Shown here: piece by piece, positions 24,715 through 35,840 of the stretch
How positions within the stretch are numbered: position 1 is the first letter of the stretch
How the letters are laid out: every line of letters begins with the position of its first letter
Assembly (NCBI GenBank): GCA_001179505.1
Contig: CDMY01000459.1
Span: 8,222 to 72,221, forward strand
From: Vitrella brassicaformis CCMP3155
Lineage: Eukaryota > Protista > Chromerida
Direction: 5' to 3'
DNA: 64,000 nt
Notes under the pieces: generated by a model
What the model was told of the DNA's origin: nothing
Databases searched by the model: none
Seen by the model: only the letters and a program-made list of their open reading frames with translations
Program-made: the position numbers and the translations under genes

Positions 24715-24758
<44 letters not shown>

Positions 24759-25180
24759 TGTGTGTGTCAGTGACCAGCTGACCGAGTATTTCGGCACTGA
24801 CATGAGCGACAAGAAGGAGCTGATTCGCTCGACGGTGGACAGGGTGCTGGAGGAGATGGCCGACGAGCCTCCCGACCAGGACCAGCAGCCGGCTGCGGAC
24901 GAGGCAGGGGAGGACATCAATCAAGACGACGAAAATGAAGTTGAAGAAGACGACTCTGGAGACGAGGAGGGGGATGATGAAGGTAAGGAAATGGACTCTC
25001 TCTCTCTCTGTGTGTGTGTGTGTGTTTACTCTCTGTCTGTGCGTGTGTGTGTGTGTGTTGGGTGCAGACGAGGAGGAAGAGGATGACGAAGGTGACAATG
25101 AGGATGACAATGAGGACGAGGAAGCGGCGCGGCCCACAGCAGCCGTGACGCACGCAAGCACCACGGACGGGGAGCAGTAG
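24399..25180 (+). CDS. Small acidic protein with a DEK-C-type helical domain (chromatin-associated)
   Basis: SDANIEAKIRVLVRNTSLEQLSIKRIR|DQLTEYFGTDMSDKKELIRSTV fits the DEK_C pattern; Asp/Glu-rich tail; 3 exons. Confidence 0.75.
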
Positions 25181-25618
25181 TGCAGCATGCGCTGATCACC
25201 TTCCTATGCCCGCACACACACACACAAACTGGACTCTCTCCCCATCCCCCCGTTTGCTTCTCGCGTTCCCATCTGTCTGTCTGCTGGTTGTCACTGGACT
25301 GACTGACTGGCTGGCTGATCGATTTTCCACTGTGCTGATGTGGCTGTATGCTGTGTCTGTCTGCCTGACTGAATGAGGGACGTAAGACATCCATATGACC
25401 GCACGCACAGGGACTCAAGTAAATGCCATTTCCGTCTTTGTTAAACCGAGTGAGCCCCCCCCATCCCCCGTCCGCCATTCGTCCATCCATCCATCCAGCC
25501 ATTGGCCGTCTGATCCACCCACAGATAAAGGGCCAACGGGACAGGTGACGTCGATATCTCAGAAACACCAGCCACACACGCACACACACAGCCACAAGCA
25601 CATCCCTCCCTCCTTCCC

Positions 25619-27510
25619 TCATATCGGCTCGATGACCTGCTGGAGGCCCAGCTTGCGGTTCCACCAGATGTACGACTTAGCGCCGAAGAAGTTGTTGCCA
25701 TACCGCAGCGCCGCGATGGCGCTCCGCAGACAGCCGTTCTGAAAGGGGTCCTTCTCGCTCAACAGACGAGCCAGAGACAACTCCAGACCCTCACACAAGT
25801 GAAACCTGCACCAATCGACAGACAGACACCATGCGACAGATCTCTCTCTCTCTCTGTCTCTCTCTCTCTGCTTGCCTGGGGTTGCTGTTGAAGGCCATGA
25901 AGGTGGCCCATCCGAAGGTGCCGCCCCACAGTGGGGGCAGTTCCACATTTGACGCCCGCCCGGTGAGGCGCTCGCGGAGGCCAACCAGCCCGAGCGTCAG
26001 ACCGTACCCTGAGACGCCGCACGAGGTGCCGATCAGCAGGTACTGACCCGCCGTGTTGACCAGGGAGCCCAGCCGCTCGGCGACAGAGAACGGGCCGGAG
26101 ATGAACATGTGGCTGGGCAGCTTGTCGGCCCACTTGCTGTACGCCCTCATGGCGCCGGCCAGAGCGCCCTTCACCCCCCGCACAGGGGCAGTCGTCGAGC
26201 CGGCGGCAGCGGCCGCACCACCCTGACAAACACACACATCACATCCACACACACATGAGGGAATGGGGAAGAGGGGCAGAGGGGTGGGAGAGGGAAGGTG
26301 CTGACCGATATGAGAAGGGCGTCTTGTGGCCGTTTGAGCAGGTGGGCGGTGGAGAACCGTGGCGCTAGCAGCCACACGAAGGCGCCCTCGACAATGAGGC
26401 CGGGCAGCAGGTGGCCCATGACGTAGTCGATCTCCTTGAAAAAGTTCTTGCCGCGCGTCTGAATCTCAGCTGCACACACAGACAGCACAGCGCACTTACT
26501 GCAGCAGCGGGCGGTTTGTCTGTGCGTGTGTCGTGTGGTGTGGTTCCTTCTCCCTTCGCACCCACCCAGCAGCGCTGTGCCATTGCCTATCGCCTGCTGG
26601 ATCCAAAACTTGTACCTGCGACCAACGAACAGACAGACAGACAGACCCACTTGAAAACACATCTATGGTCCTTCCTCCATGTCAGTCAGCTCACTCACCA
26701 AAACTGCGGGTCAGCGAGAACCCGCTCATAGAGGGGTCTGACCCTGGACAGCACCCCGCCCAGCCCGACAATCTGTGCGATGCCCAGCCACCGCTCGAAC
26801 TGCGACTCGGTCAGCAGCCCCTTGTCCGCCGCCACCCAGATGTCACGCGGCAGCCTCGACCGATCCATACCGCGAGATGCTGACCAGACAACACACACAC
26901 TCACTCATGAGTGGTGGGGTGGATGTGATGCCGTTCTCTCTCTGTCACATCACATGCACCCACCCAGCCTCGAGACGATGGCGTCGAGTCCGATCGGTGG
27001 ATCGGCCGTGCTGCCGGCAGCCGCTCCGCCAGTGGGACCGTCTGCTGGCGGTTCTGATGGCGGCTGCCCTCCATTGCCGCTGAGGCCGATATCGTCCGAG
27101 GTGACTGGATAGACAGCAGACGCCTTCTGATGAGCGGACCAGGGGACCTGAACGCGCCGAACACACACACACACGCGCACAGACACGCACAGAGTAATCA
27201 ACATAACCGACCGCCGAGAAGCATCCCATGCAGAGTCACCCACCGTTGGTCTGTTCTGCACGGCCCTCCTGCGTGCAGCCGTGTGCCGCAACCCCGTGAG
27301 CAGATCTCCTACCGACAGGAATGCACTCCCACTCCCACCACCGCCGCCGTCATGATGAGCAGTCCGCCTCAGTGGTGTTGTGAGAGGCCTTGGAGCCATG
27401 GCCATCCCATGCAGCACTTCCCCACCGACGAGCATGAGCACCAGCAGCAGTGGCAGAGGTCTGACGAGCGGCGCAGGTGGCGGCGTCTGCCTGGTGGGAC
27501 GTTGACTCAT
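25619..27510 (-). CDS. RETICULATA-related (DUF3411) plastid inner-envelope protein with bipartite leader
   Basis: Signal-like LPLLLVLMLVGGEVLHG, then a transit-like region and Gly-rich linker. Motifs ERVLADPQF, EIQTRGKNFFKEIDYV, LPSHMF..GPFS..ER, WATFMAFNSNPR, RYGNNFFG. Confidence 0.9.
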
Positions 27511-27648
27511 GGATTCGCGGATCTGCGGGGCGGTGGTGACTCCACATTCCATCAATGGTATGCTGCTCAGGAAAAAGGGGGAGGGCGAATCGGCTAAGCT
27601 TGCAGATCTCGGCGATCCCCGTTTTGGAGGGACTGCAGAGCCAGGAGG

Positions 27649-29298
27649 ATGCTAGCGTTTCTGCAGCAGTGCGCTATCTTCTCGTGCACCCTGGTGGGGT
27701 CTATCGTGCTGATCAGATGGTTCCTGTTCACTGCCGTGCCGTCCCTGATGGCGCTGTCGACGCCCAAGCGGAAGCTGAGGTCGCTGGGCGAGTGGGCGGT
27801 GGTCACGGGCGCAACGGACGGCATCGGACGGGCCATGGCTATCGAAATCGCCAGGAAGGGACTCAACGTGCTCCTCATGGTAATGCTACACACGGACGGG
27901 GCGATCAGGTTGACCAGATCTGTGTGTGGATCCGATCCGCGTGTGTGTGTGCAGGCCCGCAATGAAGAGAAGCTCACCGACACCAAGACAGAGGTGCCCA
28001 GAGGGGGAGGATGGTCAGGCAGCTGTAGCATGCCATGCCATGGCATGGCATGATGTATGTGCGTCGGTGTGTGTGATGTTGTGCGTCACGTAGATTGAGT
28101 CGTTGCCCGGGTTCAAGGGAAAGGGCGAGGTCCGCACGGTGCAGGTGGACTTCAGCGGGCAGCCGTCGAGCGGCCTGTATGCCACCATCGAGCAGGCCAT
28201 CAGGGGCCTCGATATCGGTGTCCTCGTCAACAACGTCGGACTCAGCTACCCACATGCCATGGTCTCAACAGGACACAGGGGGTGGTGGGGGGGAGAGAGA
28301 GAGAGAGAGAGAGAGAGAGGGATGAGCAGCAAGCACATTACACGCTCGCTGCCCGTGTGCCCCTCCCTCTATCTATCATCAGTTCTACAACGAGGTGGAG
28401 TCTTCCTTTGTGGACACACTGATAGAGGTCAACGTGCGGTCGGCCCTGCGGCTGACGCACCTCATCTACCCTGGCATGGTGGAGCGCAAGAGGGGCGCCA
28501 TCGTCATGGTCGGCTCGGCCGGCTCAAAGCTGCCCTCCTACCCGCTGTACGCCGCCTATGCCGCCACCAAGGCCTGCTCCGACGCCTTTGCACAGGCCCT
28601 CCAGGCGGAGTGCGAGCACAAGAACATCATTGTGAGACAGAGAGACAGAGAGAGGGGGGAGCGAGTAGCATGTCGGTTGGTCGGTCATTATCGTGTGTGG
28701 TGTGGTGTGGTTGTGGTTGTGTGCGTGTGCAGGTCCAGTGTCACGTGCCCCTGTTGGTGCAGACCAAGATGGCCAAGATCCGCAAGGCGTCGCTCACCGT
28801 GCCGTCACCTGAGCGGTATGCTGGGACGCACACGGGCATACAGACAGAGAGACAACCACGCGACGCGCACCGTTGTGTGTTTGGTGTGTGTGTGTTTGGT
28901 GTGCGTGGCGTGATGACACAGGTACGCCAAGTCGGCCATCAGTGCAGTGGAGAACGGCGACAGCCAGACGCAGCCAACACTCTCGCCATACCTCTGGCAC
29001 CAAGTCATGGTGGGCGGCACATGCTCAGCAGCTGAGCATTACACGTACGGGCGCGTGTGTGTGTGTGTGTGTGGTCTTTTCTACCATTTCTTTAAGTTTT
29101 CGATCATCGGTCTGTTCCCCTACAGCCTCTGGACCAAGTGAGTGACCTCCCCCCACTGTACTGCAATGTGTGGTGCACTGATGGCAATGATAATGCTGCA
29201 CTCGTTGATCAATCAGGTATCAGCTGCCCCAGAACATGAAGATCCGCTCCAAGGCCCTCAAGAAGAAGGCAGAGGAAGAAACGGTCAGACGGGATTGA
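27649..29298 (+). CDS. Very-long-chain 3-oxoacyl-CoA reductase / HSD17B12-like SDR (KCR)
   Basis: N-term TM; [12 protein letters not shown]; ARNEEKL; LVNNVG; YAATK (YxxxK); VQTKM; basic KK-rich C-terminus. Confidence 0.93.
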
Positions 29299-29975
29299 CG
29301 GAAGGGCAGGCCACACACCACACCGGGGGCGTCACGCGTCACGAAAGGAGCTTCATCCTGTCCATCTGTGCCTGTGTGTGCTGTGCCTGCAGAACAAGAA
29401 GGCCTGAAGCATAACACGTGTGAGCGCGACGGCGTGAGGTCGACGATCGGTCGATCGGCAGGGAGGCCTTTGTGTCGCGTGGGTTGCGTGTGTGGTGCAT
29501 GGCCTTCTTATCCACGTACCTTGGCATGGGCGGTGTCTTCCATTGCATATGTGTATGTGTGAAAGAGAGCAGCCAACGATTTTTGCCTACGCCCAAGCGG
29601 CGGCGTCTTCACGAAGTTCAGAGCTGGATGGATGGATGGATGGATGGATGAATGGATGGATGGACAAGTGTCCGTCCATGGTGCATGGGTCGTACCAGCA
29701 TTTATTTGCTGATGAGAGAGTTTTTTTTTCCTTGTGCGTGGAGGCGACCTCTCTGTCTTCCTCTCCGTTGTGGGAGAGATCATGACGGATGCTGACGCGA
29801 CTGACACGAGTCGGCGCCTGCTCTGACCTCTTCTTGAGAAAAAAGGCCGATCAACCAAACGATCAGCCGTTCCTGGCCGTTGCGGCCAGCATCATACACC
29901 GTACAGCCGAGGAGGCATTTTTGTGTCATTTTTCGTCTTTCCACGCAGCAGCACCTTCCAAAGACCACTGTCAAG

Positions 29976-32013
29976 ATGCTCCCCGCTGCCACAGCCCTCC
30001 TGCTTGCCTGCCTGCTGCTGGCGCTGCCAATTTTGTGTCCTTCTTACCCGGCAGCAAAAGCGACCAGCAGCAGCAGCAGCAGCAGCAGTGACCATGATGA
30101 TGATGAGTCGGTCACTGAGGTGCTGTCCGACCTGCTTGACTTCCTGCAGACCACTACAGACGAGAGGGATGGCACTGCGGGACAGAGTGAGGGCAGCGTG
30201 AAGCGCCTGTGCCGCCCGATAAAGGCGGTGGAGCCCTTCCTCAACTCAAGCGAGACCGTCGAGGTGACGCTGGACCTCGACGCATACGTCTTCAGGTACC
30301 TGGAACACACTCAGCCCGTTCGTTCGTTCTGTGTGAGAAGTGTGGTTGTCGTGTCGTGTTGGTGCAGAGGTCTGCTTCCGGAACCTTTCGCCGCCCTTGG
30401 CGATGACGCGTTCAGGGGAGGGACGGTGCTGATCGGGGAGCCGCACATCGACTATCGCTCCTATGCCCCTCTCGCCCACCGGATGACGGCACGAGGGGTC
30501 GAAATTCGGGTACGTACGTACGTGCTAACGACGATGGCTGCAGACAGACAATGCCCCTCTCTGCTTATGTGTGTGTGGGCAGGGAGGTGTCCCCGTTGGC
30601 CCGACCCTCATCATTCTGCCGCCCTGCACACCGTGTCTGGACAGGCAGTCGTATAAGAAGGCGCCTTTGCCCTGCCAGGCGTGTGCCGGGCTCATTGTGG
30701 AGCTGCTCAACAGATATGAGCTCGACACCTGGGCGCTAATCGGTGTGGGGGAGGGGGCACTCGCCGCGTCCATCTTCGCCGAGACCCACCATCCACGAGT
30801 CAAGGCAAGCGCGATATGTCGGTTGAGACGTTTGCTCTGTTGCTGCGTCGATTCAGGGCCTGTCGCTTATCGCGGGCTATCCGGACAAGAGTGTCGATCT
30901 GGTGGCCAAGAACATCCTGGTCCAGGTGTTTGCGGGCGACGACGACGAGGTGTACCCGGCCAGAGAGATCGCCAAGAGGCTGGATGGGCTCCCACTGGTC
31001 AGCTTTAGATGGCTGCAAGGACAGACAGACAACCCGCCCGCGCCCTGTCTGTGTTGTGTGTGCAGGAGACGCTGTTTGAGAGTTTCGCCAACACCACGCA
31101 CGAAGACTTCTCATGGTCAGAGGTGCCCTGCGATCCCGAAGAGAGAGACGTCCCGCTGCTGCTGGCCAAAGACAAAGCCGAGTTCGCCCCCAACGCCCGG
31201 CTCGCCACTCGCGACAACATCACCCACACCATGATCCTGGGGACCTTCTCCACCACCTTCTACCACAACATCGTTGCTTTGGAGTTCGCCGAGGCCAGTC
31301 TGATGATCCACGAGAACCTTGCAGTGGAATACGACTCATTCCCCCACTCTCGACTCGTGGACCCTGCCCCTGCTGAGGGCGACGCGTCTGTGTCACCGGA
31401 GTGCATTCTCTACTGCCCAGGGCCAAAGATATGGGTTGCGGGGCTGTCAGCGATGATCTTTGGCTTGTACTACGCCGAAGTGACGGTGCCTGGGCGGGAT
31501 TGGCTGAACGATGAGTCTTCTCTGAACGAGGGAGACGGCGTGACGACGAGGTTTGATGAGGAGTTCAGCTGGTGGGTCTATGAGGGGCCGAAGCCTTACA
31601 AGGCCGGGCTCATCTTCTTTATCGGGGCTCATGTGCCGCCTGAAGCTTACGCCGTCCTGCTCAGGTCGGGCTGCGCACACAGATGTNNNNNNNNNNNNNN
31701 NNNNNNNNNNNNNNNNNNNNNNNNNNNNNNNNNNNNNNNNNNNNNNNNNNNNNNNNNNNNNNNNNNNNNNNNNNNNNNNNNNNNNNNNNNNNNNNNNNNN
31801 NNNNNNNNNNNNNNNNNNNNNNNNNNNNNNNNNNNNNNNNNNNNNNNNNNNNNNNNNNNNNNNNNNNNNNNNNNNNNNNNNNNNNNNNNNNNNNNNNNNN
31901 NNNNNNNNNNNNNNNNNNNNNNNNNNNNNNNNNNNNNNNNNNNNNNNNNNNNNNNNNNNNNNNNNNNNNNNNNNNNNNNNNNNNNNCCCCCTCTCCCCCT
32001 CTCTCTCTCCCCA

Positions 32014-32051
<38 letters not shown>

Positions 32052-32889
32052 TGTGTGGCAGGCGTGTTGCTCGTCTGGGATACTTCATCGTCAGTCCTTA
32101 CCACCCCATTCTCCTGTCTCCACTGAACGCCAACGAGGCGGGCACCATAGTGCTGAAGGAGCTCGGCGAAACCGTCGACGACTGGTTCGCCGTCGGGTGA
32201 GTAAGCAAATGCTCATCATGATCAGACCGACGGCCGCATCGCACGGTGACTCATCCCCCTCGCTGCGCGTGTGTGTGTGTCTGTGCAGGCACTCAGCTGG
32301 TGGCGTGTCAGTGGGAGACTTCTGTGAGGCCAACACGGCCCTCGCCATCCCTGGGGCCGAACCGCCACGATTGCTCGGCGGCATCATCCTGTCGGGGGTG
32401 TTTGGGTTCAGCAACTTCACCCAGCTGGCCGAGGATGGCGACAAGGGGGCGGAAGCGCTCAGGTTCCTCACTGTGGTCGGCACACGGGACTTTGCCAACG
32501 TCCTGCAGCCTGAAGACCCTGTGAGTGCAGTGAGGTCGAGTCGATGGTTGGACAGCTGGATGGATGGATGTTTGTGTGTGTTGGTTGCAGGACCGAGTGG
32601 TGAGTCGGATAGAGGCGAGCATGAAGACGGTGATACCTGAGGGCAACCTGAGAGACGAGTACATCACCGACGGCACGCACTACCAGGCAAGCCGACCACC
32701 CAGCCGACCACCCACACACACATTGCCCGACACCACACCCTTGGTCTGTGTGCTGTGCTGCAGTTTGGTGCTTACGGCTACCAGCCTCCCTTCAAGACGG
32801 AGCGCATCTGTGACGCCGATCAGCAGCAGCAGGGGGTCGAATTGATGGACAGCTTCATGACGGATGTCCTGGCTGAGCGGGCCAACTGA
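29976..32889 (+). CDS. Secreted protein with two tandem alpha/beta-hydrolase (Abhydrolase_5-like) domains; spans an assembly gap
   Basis: Signal peptide. Domain 2: GLIFFIGAHVPPEAY, GHSAGG, GTRD, GTHYQ|FGAYGYQ. Domain 1: GTVLIGEPHIDYRSYAPLA, GVGEG, LIAGYP, GDDD, THEDF. Confidence 0.85.
31687..31986. other. Assembly gap (300 N) inside an intron of the hydrolase gene
   Basis: Run of N. Confidence 1.
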
Positions 32890-33730
32890 TGAGACACGAG
32901 GACTGACTATGGTGGATGGATGGATGGATGGACACCGATCCGATGACACACAAGTGTCACGGGGACGTGACCGCGTGTTTGAAGGTAGCTCGCCAGCTGC
33001 GTGTGTGCGTGTGGGTGGACGAGTGCGTTCCTGCGGTTGGTTTAATTGGCCTGGCTCAAACCGGCTCGGCTCGATGTGATGGGCGTTTTGCTGTTGGTCA
33101 GCTGGCTTGGCTTGGCTGGCTCTTCTGATGTCCCATGGACGGATGGATGGATGGATGGATGGCCAAAGGGTGATTGATGGGATCAATGGGACTGGGTGGG
33201 GGGTGTCTGTCTGTCTGTCTGCCTTCTTGCTAAGACCTTCTCGTGGCTCTCTCTGCTGGTTTTTGCGTCACTCCATTCCATGCCATTGGAGACAGACAGA
33301 CAGACAGACATGACGCTCACTGACGCAGCCAACCATGTCATGTGTCCCGCATTGTCTGTCTGATGTGGTGATGATGGTTTTGTGGCGAAATATACGCCGA
33401 GATGGTGAACGGAACCTTCAAATAAGCAATGTGTGGTGTGGCGTGGCATGTCCCAAACGAGAATCCAAAAATCGTCCTACGGCAATCAGCACATCACACA
33501 ATGGAACACGCACGAGAGAGAGCGAGAGCGAGAGGGCAGCCAGCCGTCATCAACCAAGATGCATGGTGTGGGGTGTGGGGTGTGGGGTGTGGGGTGTGGT
33601 CGGCCAGCAAAAGAATGGGTAGGTGGCTGGGTGGACGGAACACACACGCACACACATGCACCGCACCCCCGTGTGTGTCGTCTACTCTGCTCACACAGGG
33701 TCGTTTCTCCTTCCCCCCCCCCCCCCCCCC

Positions 33731-34030
33731 NNNNNNNNNNNNNNNNNNNNNNNNNNNNNNNNNNNNNNNNNNNNNNNNNNNNNNNNNNNNNNNNNNNNNN
33801 NNNNNNNNNNNNNNNNNNNNNNNNNNNNNNNNNNNNNNNNNNNNNNNNNNNNNNNNNNNNNNNNNNNNNNNNNNNNNNNNNNNNNNNNNNNNNNNNNNNN
33901 NNNNNNNNNNNNNNNNNNNNNNNNNNNNNNNNNNNNNNNNNNNNNNNNNNNNNNNNNNNNNNNNNNNNNNNNNNNNNNNNNNNNNNNNNNNNNNNNNNNN
34001 NNNNNNNNNNNNNNNNNNNNNNNNNNNNNN
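33731..34030. other. Assembly gap (300 N) flanked by poly-C
   Basis: Run of N between C homopolymers. Confidence 1.
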
Positions 34031-34103
34031 CCTTCCCCCCCCCCCCCCCCCCCTGTCGAAGCTGTCCCGCTATCTGGTGAATTAGAATTATTTCAGTCGT
34101 ATT

Positions 34104-35788
34104 CTAAGGCAGCATTCTCGTACATCTCAGCCCCTCGCAGGTGCACTTGTTCTTGACCCACACACACCGGGAGGTGGACTCCTGGCCTTTCTCGTAGGCT
34201 TCGAATACCGTGTCGAGGTACACATCCTCCTTGCACGCCACCCCCGTGTCCTTGGCCTTCTTGCAGGTCTCCTTGCTCTCGAACTGGTTGCACGGGTCAT
34301 AAGCTGCAACCAAACAGACGTGCTCATGTGGTGGTGCCCCCCTGGCTGGGAGGGCTGCTATAGCAGTGCTTACCTCTGGTCTGCTGCGTGTGTTGGATGA
34401 ATCCGCCCGGCCCGCCTTTGTCGGCTCCGATGTTGGCCATGAGGGTCTGCCCCATCTGTCGGTTGGCGGCCTCGATGGAGTTGAGGGCCTCCTCGTGTGT
34501 GGCGATGGCCGCCCGGTGCGTCGCTATGGCGGCCCTGTGGAACGCCTTGCCTCGCGCCAGCTGCTGCTGGACGGCGGCGAGCGACACCTGCAGATGGGCG
34601 CCAGACGCCAAGTCAGCAGAGGAACCTGCACACATCATGCGGACGAGCCCCCAAGGCATACACACACAAAGGGACAGACAGATGGACAGATATCCACTTG
34701 TTCTCTCCCTTTGCTGAGGTCGTGTGTACCAGTCTCCGCAAAGGAGGGTGTCTCCCGGGGAGGGGGCTTCCACTCGCCATGGCCTGTTGTGCGTACACAC
34801 ACACACACACACACACACGTGTGTGCAGTGCATTGGACACATGGGAATCGCTATTGGCTCTTGCGATGTGTCCATTGCATGTGTCGCCTTGTCACGTACC
34901 AAGGAAGACGAAAGCATGTTTCTCCTTGTCGCTGTAGGTAATCTCGACTTTGCCGTCCGCCCCGCGCATATCGCTACTCTCGACCCGTATCAGCTGCACC
35001 AACCAACACGCAAACACACCAAGAGCGCGCCACTGGACTGACGTATATATACACATCCTGTCATCGTCATGGGAGCAACTGACCGCATCTGTTCTGATGC
35101 AGTATTTGTATTCCTCGACAGGCCTCGTGGCCCTTCCCAGACAGTACAACTCCGCTATGTCGCGCCCGAGCGTGTATCGGCCATGCAGTCGCCGTAGCCT
35201 GACGCACGGGCATCGGCACGCAGTTCCGGAGGAGCACGGGGCCTTTCTGTCTGTCTGTGCTGTTAAGCCCTTACCTTTTGCAACCTGGCCTGACGCCGCG
35301 AGCCCTGACTCCTCCGGCATGTAAGAAGCCTCGAGATATATCAAGTTCACCACACACACCGCTTCGGACGTGCTGCATTTCTCCTGGATGTGGCCGACGG
35401 CGTCGTAATAGTGGTAGTGGACTTGTCCGAGGATCTCAGAGTGCACCGGGTTCAGCCTCACCCCACACTCTGTGTGCACACACAACACACACATACATGT
35501 GCCATGCGGCGCCACGACAGCTCTGCATCCATCGTGGATCTGCCATCCATCCATCCATCCATCCATCCCTTCACTCACCGTCGGAGTCGTGCGAGTCCTC
35601 GGCGTAGAGGTTCTTGCCGTAGGTGAGCGGAAGGGCCAACATCCCCACGGCCAACAAACCCACCACCAGCTTCCAGATGAACGACGCCATCCTCCTGATG
35701 ATTAGAATGCGCTCAACGGTAACGAGGGCACTAACGTGTTGTCGGACGCTCTATCGTTTTCCTTCCTTGCCTTGCCCCCGGCCTCCAT
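34104..35788 (-). CDS. Multi-exon hypothetical protein with a coiled-coil segment and a Cys-rich C-terminal exon
   Basis: Exons EDGVVHL...HDSD|ECGVRL..., HGRYTLGRDIAELY..., VSLAAVQQQL...TR|AYDPCNQF...CTRMLP* join in frame where checked. 5' end and several middle junctions uncertain. Confidence 0.55.
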
Positions 35789-35840
35789 GTAGATTTGGGA
35801 ACAAATTTACGGAGGCGCGGGCCGCTCTCCTCGGCCTTCG

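Noticed and set aside
33712-34053. Poly-C tracts flanking the gap, as a possible G-quadruplex element
   Set aside because: Length and continuity are unknowable across the gap; this is a typical cause of assembly breaks.
31447-34156. Long ORFs in the track containing X runs
   Set aside because: They read through N gaps; artefacts.
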